A DNA stretch of 10,508 bases. Source: Archangiaceae bacterium. GTDB lineage: Bacteria; Myxococcota; Myxococcia; Myxococcales; Myxococcaceae. This document shows, in pieces, positions 1-7,878 of the stretch. The position numbers and the translations under genes are program-made. Where the stretch lies: assembly GCA_043750125.1 (NCBI GenBank), contig JAYVCD010000248.1, positions 1 to 10,508 of the forward strand, read 5' to 3'. The notes below the pieces were generated by a model. That model worked only from the letters and a program-made list of their open reading frames with translations. It did not search any database and was not told the origin of the DNA. Each line of letters begins with the position of its first letter. Position 1 is the first letter of the stretch.

Positions 1-2
1 CC

Positions 3-1031
3 GCCGCGGTGCTGTCGGAAGAAGGCGCGATCGCGGTGCGCAACGGGCGGTTCTGCGCGCACATCTACGTCGATCGCCTGTTGGGCCGGGGGACGAAGGG
101 ACATGGAAAGGCGGGCAGCGCTCCGACCGGCGCGGTGCGGTGCAGCGTCGGGCTCTACAACGACGAGACCGATGTCGACCGCCTGCTCGAGTTCGTCGAG
201 CGGGTGCGGGATCGCAAGTGGAAGGGGCAGTACAAAGTGAAGGGCGACTCGGTGAGCGCCGAGTTCGCGGGCCGCTGTGCAGATCGGTGGATGGAAGCCT
301 CGCATCAAGAGGCCGAGCCCAACGGCCCGGTGGACAGCCCTTCGCTGGGCTACGACTTCGAGGTGCTCAATGGCAATGAGCCGTGCCGCACCTACCTGAT
401 CGCCGACCCGCAGACCCGCGAGGCGGCGCTGGTGGACCCGATTCGTGGGCACGTCGAGGCGTACATCGATCTGCTGATGGAGCGCCGCTACAAGCTTCGC
501 TACACGATCGAGACCCACACCCACGCCGACCACTTGTCCGGTTCGGTGCGGCTCAAAGACCTGACCGGGGCGAAGATGTTGATGCACGCCAACTCCCCTG
601 CCCCCTGTGTCGATCGCGGGCTGGTCGATGGCGACACAGTCGAGCTGGGGGGCCTGAAGATCGACGTCCTCGCCACCCCCGGCCACACCCACGACGCGAT
701 GTGCCTGGTCCTGCCGGGCCGGGTGCTGACCGGAGACACGCTGCTGATCGGCGCTGTCGGGCGCACCGACCTGCCGACTGGAAATTCCGCCGCCTTGTAC
801 GAGAGCCTGCAGAAGCTGATCGCCACGCTTCCCGACGACACCATCGTGCTCCCGGCGCATGACTACGAAGGGCGGCAGGCGAGCACGGTGGGCCGCGAGA
901 AGCGGCACAACCCGAGGCTGCAGCCGAAGAGCGCCGAGGAATTCGCCGACGTGATGGAAAAGGGACAAGTGGGGTTGCCGCCTCCGGTGAACCTGCGCGA
1001 GGCGCTGAACACCAACCTCAAGTGTCTGTAG
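3..1031 (+). CDS. 5'-truncated fusion protein: C-terminus of an aminotransferase class V / cysteine desulfurase-like domain joined to an MBL-fold persulfide dioxygenase (ETHE1/type I PDO-like)
   Basis: The frame is open from position 3 (GCC GCG GTG...), so the gene starts left of the window. The first ~70 aa (AIAVRNGRFCAH...GAVRCSVGLYNDETDVDRLLEFVERV) match the SufS/CsdA-type C-terminal pattern gIavRxGxxCAh...vRxSxgxYNxxxDvDrl, with the Cys codon at 54-56. From ~345 onward: TYLIAD...AALVDP, ETHTHADH (510-533), TPGHT, TGDTLLI, GRTDL, PAHDY, NPRL and terminal NLKC. These are ETHE1-type PDO motifs. Confidence 0.9.
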   Translation, partial: AAVLSEEGAIAVRNGRFCAHIYVDRLLGRGTKGHGKAGSAPTGAVRCSVGLYNDETDVDRLLEFVERVRDRKWKGQYKVKGDSVSAEFAGRCADRWMEASHQEAEPNGPVDSPSLGYDFEVLNGNEPCRTYLIADPQTREAALVDPIRGHVEAYIDLLMERRYKLRYTIETHTHADHLSGSVRLKDLTGAKMLMHANSPAPCVDRGLVDGDTVELGGLKIDVLATPGHTHDAMCLVLPGRVLTGDTLLIGAVGRTDLPTGNSAALYESLQKLIATLPDDTIVLPAHDYEGRQASTVGREKRHNPRLQPKSAEEFADVMEKGQVGLPPPVNLREALNTNLKCL

Positions 1032-1768
1032 TCGGGTTTCTGGCCGGGCTCGCGACGGGGCTGGTGCTCTCGGTGCTCGGCGCCGGAGGCAGCACCTTCA
1101 TCGTGCCGGTGCTGGTGTTCGGTCTTCACACCTCGGTCTCCGAAGCGATGGGGACGTCACTGGTAATCGTCGCCGCCGCGGCGATGGCGGCGAGCGTGGG
1201 CCACTGGCGCAAGGGCAACATCCACCCGAAAGTCGCCGGCCTGTTCGGCAGCGCGGCGATCGTGGGGGCGATCGCGGGCGCGTCGCTTCACCGGTTGGTC
1301 TCGGCGCGCACGTTGACCGCGCTGTTCGTGGTGCTGCTCTTCGCTGCGGCGGGTCGAATGGTCTGGGGAAAGCCGGTCGACCCCGAGCGCGCGCGTCAGC
1401 CGAGCGCCGCGATCTTGCTGCCGCTGGGCGCTGCGATCGGAGTGCTGTCGGGCTTTCTGGGCGTGGGAGGCGGCTTCTTAATCGTCCCGGCGCTCAGCTG
1501 GGGCGGAGGCTTGAGCGTGCGACAGGCGATCGGAACTTCGCTGTTGGTGATCGCGGTGTCCTCACTGGCGGGAGCGGCCAGCTACGCGGCGCAAGGTCAG
1601 CTGAGCGCTGGAATCTTGGCGACGGTGGGCGCGGGCGCGGTGATCGGTGCGTTCTCGGGCGCGCCGCTGTCGGGGAAGCTTCCCGAACGGCCGCTGCGCC
1701 TGGGCTTCGCGGGGTTGGCGGTGATGGTGGGAATTTTCATGGTGCTGAAGATCGCGACGACGGCGTGA
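1022..1768 (+). CDS. Sulfite exporter TauE/SafE (DUF81) family membrane protein
   Basis: 248 aa, almost all hydrophobic (~8 TM segments). It has the two-fold internal repeat of this family: LGAGGSTFIVPVL...AMGTSL and LGVGGGFLIVPAL...AIGTSL. The GTG start overlaps the upstream gene by 10 nt. Confidence 0.92.
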   Translation: MSVVGFLAGLATGLVLSVLGAGGSTFIVPVLVFGLHTSVSEAMGTSLVIVAAAAMAASVGHWRKGNIHPKVAGLFGSAAIVGAIAGASLHRLVSARTLTALFVVLLFAAAGRMVWGKPVDPERARQPSAAILLPLGAAIGVLSGFLGVGGGFLIVPALSWGGGLSVRQAIGTSLLVIAVSSLAGAASYAAQGQLSAGILATVGAGAVIGAFSGAPLSGKLPERPLRLGFAGLAVMVGIFMVLKIATTA

Positions 1769-1829
1769 GCCTGGGTCACCCGGCTCTCGATTCGCCAAGA
1801 TCGGGGCTTCTTGATCGTTCAGCGCCGGG

Positions 1830-3260
1830 TCAGGACCGCGATGGTGCTGTTCGGCTTGGGAGGAATCCTTTGATGAGCTGGCTGCGCTGCAACCGATCCA
1901 GCAGCGCCTCGACGCGCACCGGCTTCTCGAGAATCGGCATCTGGGTCGTCGCCATGAACGCGCAGATGTGGGGCTCAACGCCGCCGCCCGTCGAAAAGAC
2001 GAATCGGCTCGCGAGTTCCGGAGCGATCGCCGTCGCCCGCTGGAACACCTGCACGCCATCGACGCCCGGCATCTGCAGATCGCAGAGGACGACGTCGAAG
2101 CTGCGATCGTTTGCGAGAATGCGCAGCGCCTGCTCGCCGCAGCTGGCCGTCACCACGTCGTGCACGCCCTTCAACAGGATTTCATAGGTGAGCAGCAGCT
2201 TGGTCTCGTCATCGACGATCAGTACCCGCGCGCGCTTGTCGACGGTGGGATTGACGGCCGCCTCGGACAGCGGGCGCGCAGCGGGGCGGTGCGGCAGCCG
2301 CACTTCGAACCGCGCTCCACCGCTGGCGGAGGCCGAGACCGCCACCACGCCATGATGGCCGCGGACGATTTCGGTGACCATCGAGAGGCCGAGGCCCGTT
2401 CCCAGCTCGGGCGACTTGGTGGTGAAGAACGGCTCGAAGATCCGTTCACGCAGGGCGGGCGAGATGCCCGGACCGGTGTCCTCGACCACCAGCAGCGCGT
2501 GCTGCCCATCGATGCGCGTATGCACCGTCACTTCGTTGTCTGGGCCGCCCGCTTCCGCCACCGCCTGCGCCGCGTTCACCAGCAGGTTCGTCACCACCTG
2601 CGCCAGCCGGCCGCGGTTCCCATCGACGTGCGGCACCTCGCTCGACAGGACCAGCTTCACTTGTGCGCTCGAGCGCAGCGAAGGTCCGGCCAACCGGCAC
2701 GCGGCCTCGACGACGTCGTTGAGCGAGACGGCTTCGAAGCCATCGCCGTCGGCGCGCGAGAACGTGCGGAGATCTCCGGCGATAGCGCGGATCCGATCCA
2801 TTCCGTTGCGCGCGTGATTGACGTTCTGCTCCATCTCGGCGAGCACGGTGCCCACCGCATTCCGCAGCTGCGCGCCGTCGAGCGACGCGTCCGCCAGCCT
2901 CGCGCGGACGTCGGCGATTCGCTCTGCGAGCAGATCGACCGAGAGCGACACCCAGCTCGAAGGGTTGTTGATCTCGTGCGCGACCCCGCTGGCGATCTGC
3001 CCAATCGCGACGAGCTTCCCGCGGTGGAGCAGCTTCCCTTGCGTCTCTTTAAGCGCCGAGTAGGCGACTTCGAGCTCGCGCCTGGACGCGACCGCTCCAT
3101 GGAGCTCCTCGGCGAGCATGTTGAGCCCTGCTGCGATCGCGTCGATCTCATCGAGCCCGTCCCCGATCGGCGCGTGTTTCGAAAAATCCTGGCGCGCGAA
3201 GGCCAGCAGCACCTCGAGAAGCTGATCAATCCGCGGATCGTTTTGAGACGTGTCGCTCAC
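1830..3260 (-). CDS. Soluble hybrid sensor histidine kinase / response regulator (HAMP-like N-terminus, HisKA, HATPase_c, REC)
   Basis: H-box [10 protein letters not shown]-box [14 protein letters not shown]1 VEDTGPGI, F-box [10 protein letters not shown]2 GTGLGL. Receiver motifs [25 protein letters not shown] and LEKP. No TM segment. Start placed at GTG 3260, which forms a GTGA overlap with the upstream stop at 3259-3257; the ORF track start is 3284. Confidence 0.93.
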   Translation of the reverse strand: MSDTSQNDPRIDQLLEVLLAFARQDFSKHAPIGDGLDEIDAIAAGLNMLAEELHGAVASRRELEVAYSALKETQGKLLHRGKLVAIGQIASGVAHEINNPSSWVSLSVDLLAERIADVRARLADASLDGAQLRNAVGTVLAEMEQNVNHARNGMDRIRAIAGDLRTFSRADGDGFEAVSLNDVVEAACRLAGPSLRSSAQVKLVLSSEVPHVDGNRGRLAQVVTNLLVNAAQAVAEAGGPDNEVTVHTRIDGQHALLVVEDTGPGISPALRERIFEPFFTTKSPELGTGLGLSMVTEIVRGHHGVVAVSASASGGARFEVRLPHRPAARPLSEAAVNPTVDKRARVLIVDDETKLLLTYEILLKGVHDVVTASCGEQALRILANDRSFDVVLCDLQMPGVDGVQVFQRATAIAPELASRFVFSTGGGVEPHICAFMATTQMPILEKPVRVEALLDRLQRSQLIKGFLPSRTAPSRS

Positions 3261-3646
3261 GAGCGGACTTGATCCATCAGCCACGAAATGGCCACGGTCT
3301 CTTGCGAGAACAGCTGGGTCGGGGTGCGGTGGTTCCCGTGCCGCAGGAAGAAGTTGCCGATCATCCGGCTCACGGGCGAGCCGACCAAAAGCGCCACTGC
3401 CGCGGTGAAACTCGCGGCGTTCTCACTGACGAACTCTTCGCGCGCTTCGCGGGTCTGGTACTTCAGGCCGCGGATGTCGACGAGCACCGGCAGCCGCTTG
3501 CCGCCCGCCAACTTCCCTGTGGCCGCAAGCGCTTCTTGCGCGTCGACGTGTTCCATCAGCGCGCCTTGCCGCATCGTCGCGCGAATGAAGCCTCTGGGAT
3601 CCAGTTGGATCGCACAGAGCCGGGTTTGGACCGAGCCATCAGGCAT
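3257..3646 (-). CDS. STAS/SEC14 (SpoIIAA-like, DUF7793-type) small cytoplasmic protein
   Basis: ~129 aa alpha/beta protein with PVLVDIR, REAREEF, AVALLVGSPVSRMIGNFF and PTQLF...AISWL. I recognise these motifs from small STAS/SEC14-like proteins found beside signalling genes. ATG 3646 preferred over TTG 3655. Confidence 0.75.
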   Translation of the reverse strand: MPDGSVQTRLCAIQLDPRGFIRATMRQGALMEHVDAQEALAATGKLAGGKRLPVLVDIRGLKYQTREAREEFVSENAASFTAAVALLVGSPVSRMIGNFFLRHGNHRTPTQLFSQETVAISWLMDQVRS

Positions 3647-3700
3647 GGACGGCAACTGTAACCCGTGCCCAGAGGAAGGTGCGAGGACAGCGGCCCCTGG

Positions 3701-4810
3701 TCAAGAAACGTAGCGACCATTGGCAAAGCGAACGGTCATCCAGATCAACATCGCGGCGCTCCCCAGGAACCAGCAGAGCCGAAGCCTGGGGCGCGGCTGC
3801 AGCTCGATCGCCAGCTGGGCCAACGCGGGGAAAGCGGCGAGCGCGTACCGGCCCAGCCCGATGAAATCGCGGCTGGTGATCAGCGGGATCCCCATCGCGA
3901 CTGCGGCGTAGGCGGTGTAGCCCCAACCCAACGTCCGCCGCGCGCGCCAGGCGAGCACGAGCACCGCCACCGCGAGCAGCGCGTGGAACAGCGGCAAGAA
4001 CAGATCGAGGAGTTTGTAGGACCGCAGCGCGTCGTACTTGAGCCAGGACCCCACGCCTCCGAGTTGGCCCCAGCCGGCCTGGGTGGTCATGAACCCGAAG
4101 GGGTCTGCGAACTTCGCGCCGAGGAAAGCCATGAAGGCGAGCGCGCCGAGCCCCGACAGTGCAGGGACGAAGTCGCGCGCGGTCAACGGTCGACCCTCGC
4201 GGCGCGCCAGTTCCAGCTGTCGAACCATCAGCCCGATGACGACCGCCGGGCCGATCGGCCGGGTGGCGGTGGCGAGCATTCCCAGCAGCGTGGCCGGGAA
4301 GACCTTGCCGCGCTCGAGCAACAGGAACGCTCCGGTCGCGAGCATCAGAAAGACGGCGTCGGAATACACCGCGCCATAGAGGAAGAAAGCGAACGGCCAC
4401 AGCAGCAACAGCCAGGTCGCAAGGCTTGCGTCCGCGGGCCGCAGCTGTGCGACCCAGCGGGAAAAGAAGACGGCGGCGAGGATCCCCGCGACCCAGGTGA
4501 TTCCCATGCCGGCGAGGAAAACCGGAACTCCCAGCGCCATCACCGCTCGAATCAGCAGGGGGTAGAGGGGGAAATACGCCGCGGCGCTCTGCTCGGTGGC
4601 CGAGAAGGTGTAGCCGCGCGCGGCGATCTGCTCGTACCAGCCGGCATCCCAACGGACCCACATGTCGAGGAAGGGCCAGGCGGCATAGAGGTCCGAAGTT
4701 CGGCCGGGGCCGGTCACCCCGAACTTCCACAACCCGAGGCTGCCGACGAGCATCACCCCCACGGCGGCGCCGAGGGTGCGGAGGATCACCGCACCGGGGG
4801 AAGGGGGCAC
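3701..4810 (-). CDS. GT-C fold polytopic membrane mannosyltransferase-family protein (PIG-V / Mannosyl_trans2-like)
   Basis: 369 aa with many TM segments. Signature first loop WVRWDAGWYEQIAARGY...AAYFPLYPLL, followed by YSDAVFL, TRPIG, QAGWG and GRYALAAFP. Start codon uncertain. Confidence 0.85.
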   Translation of the reverse strand: MPPSPGAVILRTLGAAVGVMLVGSLGLWKFGVTGPGRTSDLYAAWPFLDMWVRWDAGWYEQIAARGYTFSATEQSAAAYFPLYPLLIRAVMALGVPVFLAGMGITWVAGILAAVFFSRWVAQLRPADASLATWLLLLWPFAFFLYGAVYSDAVFLMLATGAFLLLERGKVFPATLLGMLATATRPIGPAVVIGLMVRQLELARREGRPLTARDFVPALSGLGALAFMAFLGAKFADPFGFMTTQAGWGQLGGVGSWLKYDALRSYKLLDLFLPLFHALLAVAVLVLAWRARRTLGWGYTAYAAVAMGIPLITSRDFIGLGRYALAAFPALAQLAIELQPRPRLRLCWFLGSAAMLIWMTVRFANGRYVS

Positions 4811-4834
4811 GACGCTCGAGGAAAAGAGTGGCAG

Positions 4835-5521
4835 CTACAGCTTGGGGTAGCCCGAGATTTCGCCGGCTTTCAGTTCCGCGGCGAACTTACGAACGAAGGC
4901 GGTCTGATTGGGCAGCGACAACCCGTAGGCCTTTCCTTCGGCGAGGGCCTTGTCCACGCTCCACCCTTCGATTGCCATCCGGTAGCAGGCGGTGGCGACT
5001 CCGGTTCGGCCCTTTCCGGCCTCGCAGTGGACGTACGCAGGTTGATTCTCGGGCTTGCTGATGAAGTCGAGCATCTGCTTCATCTGTTGGGTGGACGGGG
5101 CGGAGTTGTCGAGGATCTTGACGTTCAGGGTGTTGAGGCCGGCTTTGGGAGCCCCCTTGCTGTCGTTGGTCCCTTCGAGCGTGAGGTCGACGATCGACTT
5201 GAAGCCTTGCTGCTTGAGCTTCTCGTAGCCCTTCGGGTCGTCGATGCGCGAGCCGCGGGTGAAGGTGTCGGAGACTTTGAATTCGTAGTGCGAGACCGGG
5301 TAGCGAAGTCCGGTGAGCTCGGTGACGCCTACGGCTTCGGCCGCGACGTTGATGAAGCCGTCCCGCACTTCCTGGGCGACCTGGGTGGTCCCGCTCCAAC
5401 CTTTCTTCGCTTCGGCAGCGACGGCCTGGCGGTCCTTCTTGAGCTCTTGGGCGACGTTCTTGGTGCCGGCTTCGACCTTGTCCTCGAACTTCTGGAGCAC
5501 GTTCCCGATTTTCAAACCCAT
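4835..5521 (-). CDS. Cys-based protein-tyrosine/dual-specificity (CX5R) phosphatase with a ~65-aa helical N-terminal extension
   Basis: P-loop PAYVHCEAGKGRTG (Cys 5026-5024, Arg 5008-5006). Upstream RGSR...LKQQGFKSIVDL and downstream ACYRMAIEGWSVDKALAE are typical of atypical DSPs. ATG 5521 has a purine-rich RBS (AAGGGGAAGGGA); the track start at 5635 overlaps the upstream gene. Confidence 0.88.
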   Translation of the reverse strand: MGLKIGNVLQKFEDKVEAGTKNVAQELKKDRQAVAAEAKKGWSGTTQVAQEVRDGFINVAAEAVGVTELTGLRYPVSHYEFKVSDTFTRGSRIDDPKGYEKLKQQGFKSIVDLTLEGTNDSKGAPKAGLNTLNVKILDNSAPSTQQMKQMLDFISKPENQPAYVHCEAGKGRTGVATACYRMAIEGWSVDKALAEGKAYGLSLPNQTAFVRKFAAELKAGEISGYPKL

Positions 5522-5592
5522 GAGCTGTCCCTTCCCCTTTGCCGAGCCGGCGGAATAGAGCCGACCGCCGAAGCCTGTGCAAGTCGCCGCTG

Positions 5593-7878
5593 TCAGCCGA
5601 TGTCGTCGATGGTGTTGATGTCCGTTACGTCCCAATCGGGCATGCCCCGGTGCCCCTTGAGGTAGGCGGCGAGCTCGGGGTTCCGGTAGCCGAGCGCCTC
5701 GAGCACCTTGTCCTGCACCGGGCCCAGGTTGTGGCGTTGGTAGAGGTCATCGGCCTGGGCCATGCCGGTCACTGGGTTGAAGAGCACGCTGTAGACGCTG
5801 GTGAGCGGGTTGTCGACGTACTGAAATTCCCCGTGGCCGACCGCCATCTTGACGAAGTCCACGGTCTCTTTCGCATCGAGGCCAAACAGCGCTGCGGTCT
5901 TGATCGCGGTGGCGGCTTCCGCGTCGTTGAGGTTCACGTTCGGGGCGGCGGCCAGCGTTCGAATCTGCGCAGGGCTCAGACCCAGCTGGGTGAGGCGCTG
6001 AATGGTCGCCGCTTTCGCGCTGATGATTTCTTTGGCCTGGTCGAGCGGGACGCCGGTGACCTTCGCGTAGAGCTCAGACTGTTCTTTCTGAAGCTTGTCG
6101 CGGGCGTCGTTGCCTTCGATCATCGAGTCGATGAACCCGCCGATCCCATGAATGATGGTCCCGGCGATGGTAAGCACCCCGTCGACCGCGGTGCCGAGAA
6201 CCGGAACGTAGCCGGCCACGTCCCCGCCCAGCTGAACGAGGGTGCCGATCGCTTTGACGATTTCGCCCGCGTTGGGATCGTTGCGCAGCTCATTGATGTC
6301 CTGACCCAGCTGCACCGCGTCGAGCACCATCCCCAGGCCGGGAGCGAACCTGCCGATGAACTTCGAGGCGTCGGGCGCGAGCCGGGCGGCGCCAGCGTAC
6401 GAGGTGAGAATTCCGGCGGTGATCTGCAGACCCGCGGCTGACGCGCCCAGGCCCTTCTTCAACGCCTCGACGTAGTGGCCGTCGCTCAGCGCTTTGCCGG
6501 TGCCGTAGAGGCCGGCGACGACGGTGAAGACCGCGGCGGCTTTGCCGAACTTCGACTTCGAGTCCCACCCTTCGACGATCTTGTCGAGGTGCTCGGGGCT
6601 GCCGTTTGCGAAGCGCTCGGTGTCGTCGAGGAACTTGCCGACCTCGGTCCCGAGGGTCTTGAACGCCTTTGCGCCCTTGAAGTCCCCGAAGATCCGCTTC
6701 ATGTCGGCGAGCAGCTGCTGCTTGCCGTCTGGAGAGTCCCCGTACTTGGCCAGCAGCTGCTGCTGCACGGCGACCGTGGCGTCGGTCATCAACCCGTCAG
6801 ACAGCCGGGTCTCGAGGTTGTCGTTGATGAACCCGTCGATCGTCTTGAACAGCTCGGGGTCGTTTCCCAGCTTCTTTGCGAACGTCAGGGCCTGCTCGGC
6901 GTGGGCGGGATCTTTGGCGATCACCTCGTACGCATCGAGCATCGCCTCGCCGGCGCCCTCGTTGCCCGCGCGGGCCATCGCCTCGAGCTGCGGCCCGGCG
7001 ACTTCCAGAGTCCGCGCGAGCGCGTCTGAGGAAGACGTGGCGGTGGCTTTGATTTGAGCGTGCTCGGGAATCGCCCAGAACTGGGTCTCGTAATTCTGGC
7101 GTTCCTCGGGGGTCAGGGTGCCGCCAAAGCTCGCCATGTCCTGCGCCAATCGGGTGTCGAGCTCGGCCTTCTTCTCGCCCGCGCTCTTGGCTTCCTCGCG
7201 CAGCTGGTCCACGCCATCGACCAACGCTTTGTCGATCGCGTCCGCGCCCTTGGAGTTGCCTGAGGCACGCAAGGCTGCGGCGGTGGCGAGCGCCAGGTCC
7301 GGGCCTGCGCCGGCGTGAATGGAAGCAACGAGGGCATCATCGATTTCCCCCACCTTGCCGTCGGTGGGGATGATCGCCGCGAGGCGTCCGGCGAGCTCGG
7401 TGACGGCTTGCGGCCCCACGATTCGAGCGGCATGGGCCAGCGAGGTGATGACCTGCTCAGTGTCCGCTTTGCTCAGCGGCTCGAGCTTCTGGAGCACGTC
7501 ATCGATGATCGGTTGGGTCGCGGTGTAGACCTCTTTGGCCTGCTCCGGAGTCAACGACTGCACCTGCACTTCGAGCTCAGTCGCCGCGGCCACCGGGCCT
7601 TGGGTGGCGAGCGCCTCTTTGACCTTGGTGGAGGCGGCATTGGCGGCCGCGCTGAGCGGGACGGTGCTCGGAGCCGCGATGCTCCTGGGCGCAGGGGGCC
7701 CGAGCAAAGGCAAAGCAGCGTCAGTACGAAACGCGCTGAGCCGAAGTGCTTTGCCTGCGCCGGTCGAAAACTCATCACTCTTCTTCAGCACAGCCGCTTT
7801 GGGCGCCGGCGCAGGAGCGGCCTTCGGCTTCAGCGGGGTGACCCATCGCGTCGGAGAGTCTGAGATTCGTCGGGTCAA
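5593..7878 (-). CDS. Large (~760 aa) Ala-rich helical hypothetical protein with a Pro/Ala-rich N-terminus and Gly/Ala hydrophobic helices; possible secreted effector or translocator-like protein
   Basis: Long ORF with GC-rich third codon positions. No Sec signal or lipobox. Hydrophobic/amphipathic helices at ~6546-6115. Start placed at TTG 7878 (MTRRISDSPT...) because the extension to 7944 reads like intergenic sequence and spans a candidate promoter. The function is an inference. Confidence 0.8.
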   Translation of the reverse strand: MTRRISDSPTRWVTPLKPKAAPAPAPKAAVLKKSDEFSTGAGKALRLSAFRTDAALPLLGPPAPRSIAAPSTVPLSAAANAASTKVKEALATQGPVAAATELEVQVQSLTPEQAKEVYTATQPIIDDVLQKLEPLSKADTEQVITSLAHAARIVGPQAVTELAGRLAAIIPTDGKVGEIDDALVASIHAGAGPDLALATAAALRASGNSKGADAIDKALVDGVDQLREEAKSAGEKKAELDTRLAQDMASFGGTLTPEERQNYETQFWAIPEHAQIKATATSSSDALARTLEVAGPQLEAMARAGNEGAGEAMLDAYEVIAKDPAHAEQALTFAKKLGNDPELFKTIDGFINDNLETRLSDGLMTDATVAVQQQLLAKYGDSPDGKQQLLADMKRIFGDFKGAKAFKTLGTEVGKFLDDTERFANGSPEHLDKIVEGWDSKSKFGKAAAVFTVVAGLYGTGKALSDGHYVEALKKGLGASAAGLQITAGILTSYAGAARLAPDASKFIGRFAPGLGMVLDAVQLGQDINELRNDPNAGEIVKAIGTLVQLGGDVAGYVPVLGTAVDGVLTIAGTIIHGIGGFIDSMIEGNDARDKLQKEQSELYAKVTGVPLDQAKEIISAKAATIQRLTQLGLSPAQIRTLAAAPNVNLNDAEAATAIKTAALFGLDAKETVDFVKMAVGHGEFQYVDNPLTSVYSVLFNPVTGMAQADDLYQRHNLGPVQDKVLEALGYRNPELAAYLKGHRGMPDWDVTDINTIDDIG

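Noticed and set aside
345-1031. MBL domain read as a beta-lactamase or glyoxalase II
   Set aside because: The GRTD, PAHDY, NPRL and terminal Cys motifs plus the TauE neighbour fit an ETHE1-type persulfide dioxygenase better.
1769-1829. Intrinsic terminator between the convergent TauE and kinase genes
   Set aside because: Only short imperfect stems (e.g. CAAGA/TCTTG) and no U-tract.
4835-5521. Phosphatase read as a DUF442/Blh-type sulfurtransferase belonging to the PDO module
   Set aside because: The loop is a canonical CX5R (CEAGKGR), not the shorter DUF442 loop. The gene is ~3 kb away on the opposite strand.
5547-5570. Hairpin CGGCGG-N11-CCGCCG between the large gene and the phosphatase
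   Set aside because: A 6-bp GC stem with no U-tract on the minus strand; unremarkable at this GC content, so not called a terminator.
3665-5665. 666-aa plus-strand ORF, with 1968-3272 +, 5539-6441 +, 8796-9746 - and other overlapping ORFs
   Set aside because: These are antisense or off-frame shadows of well-supported genes, expected at high GC. They have Arg/Gly/Pro-rich composition and no motifs.
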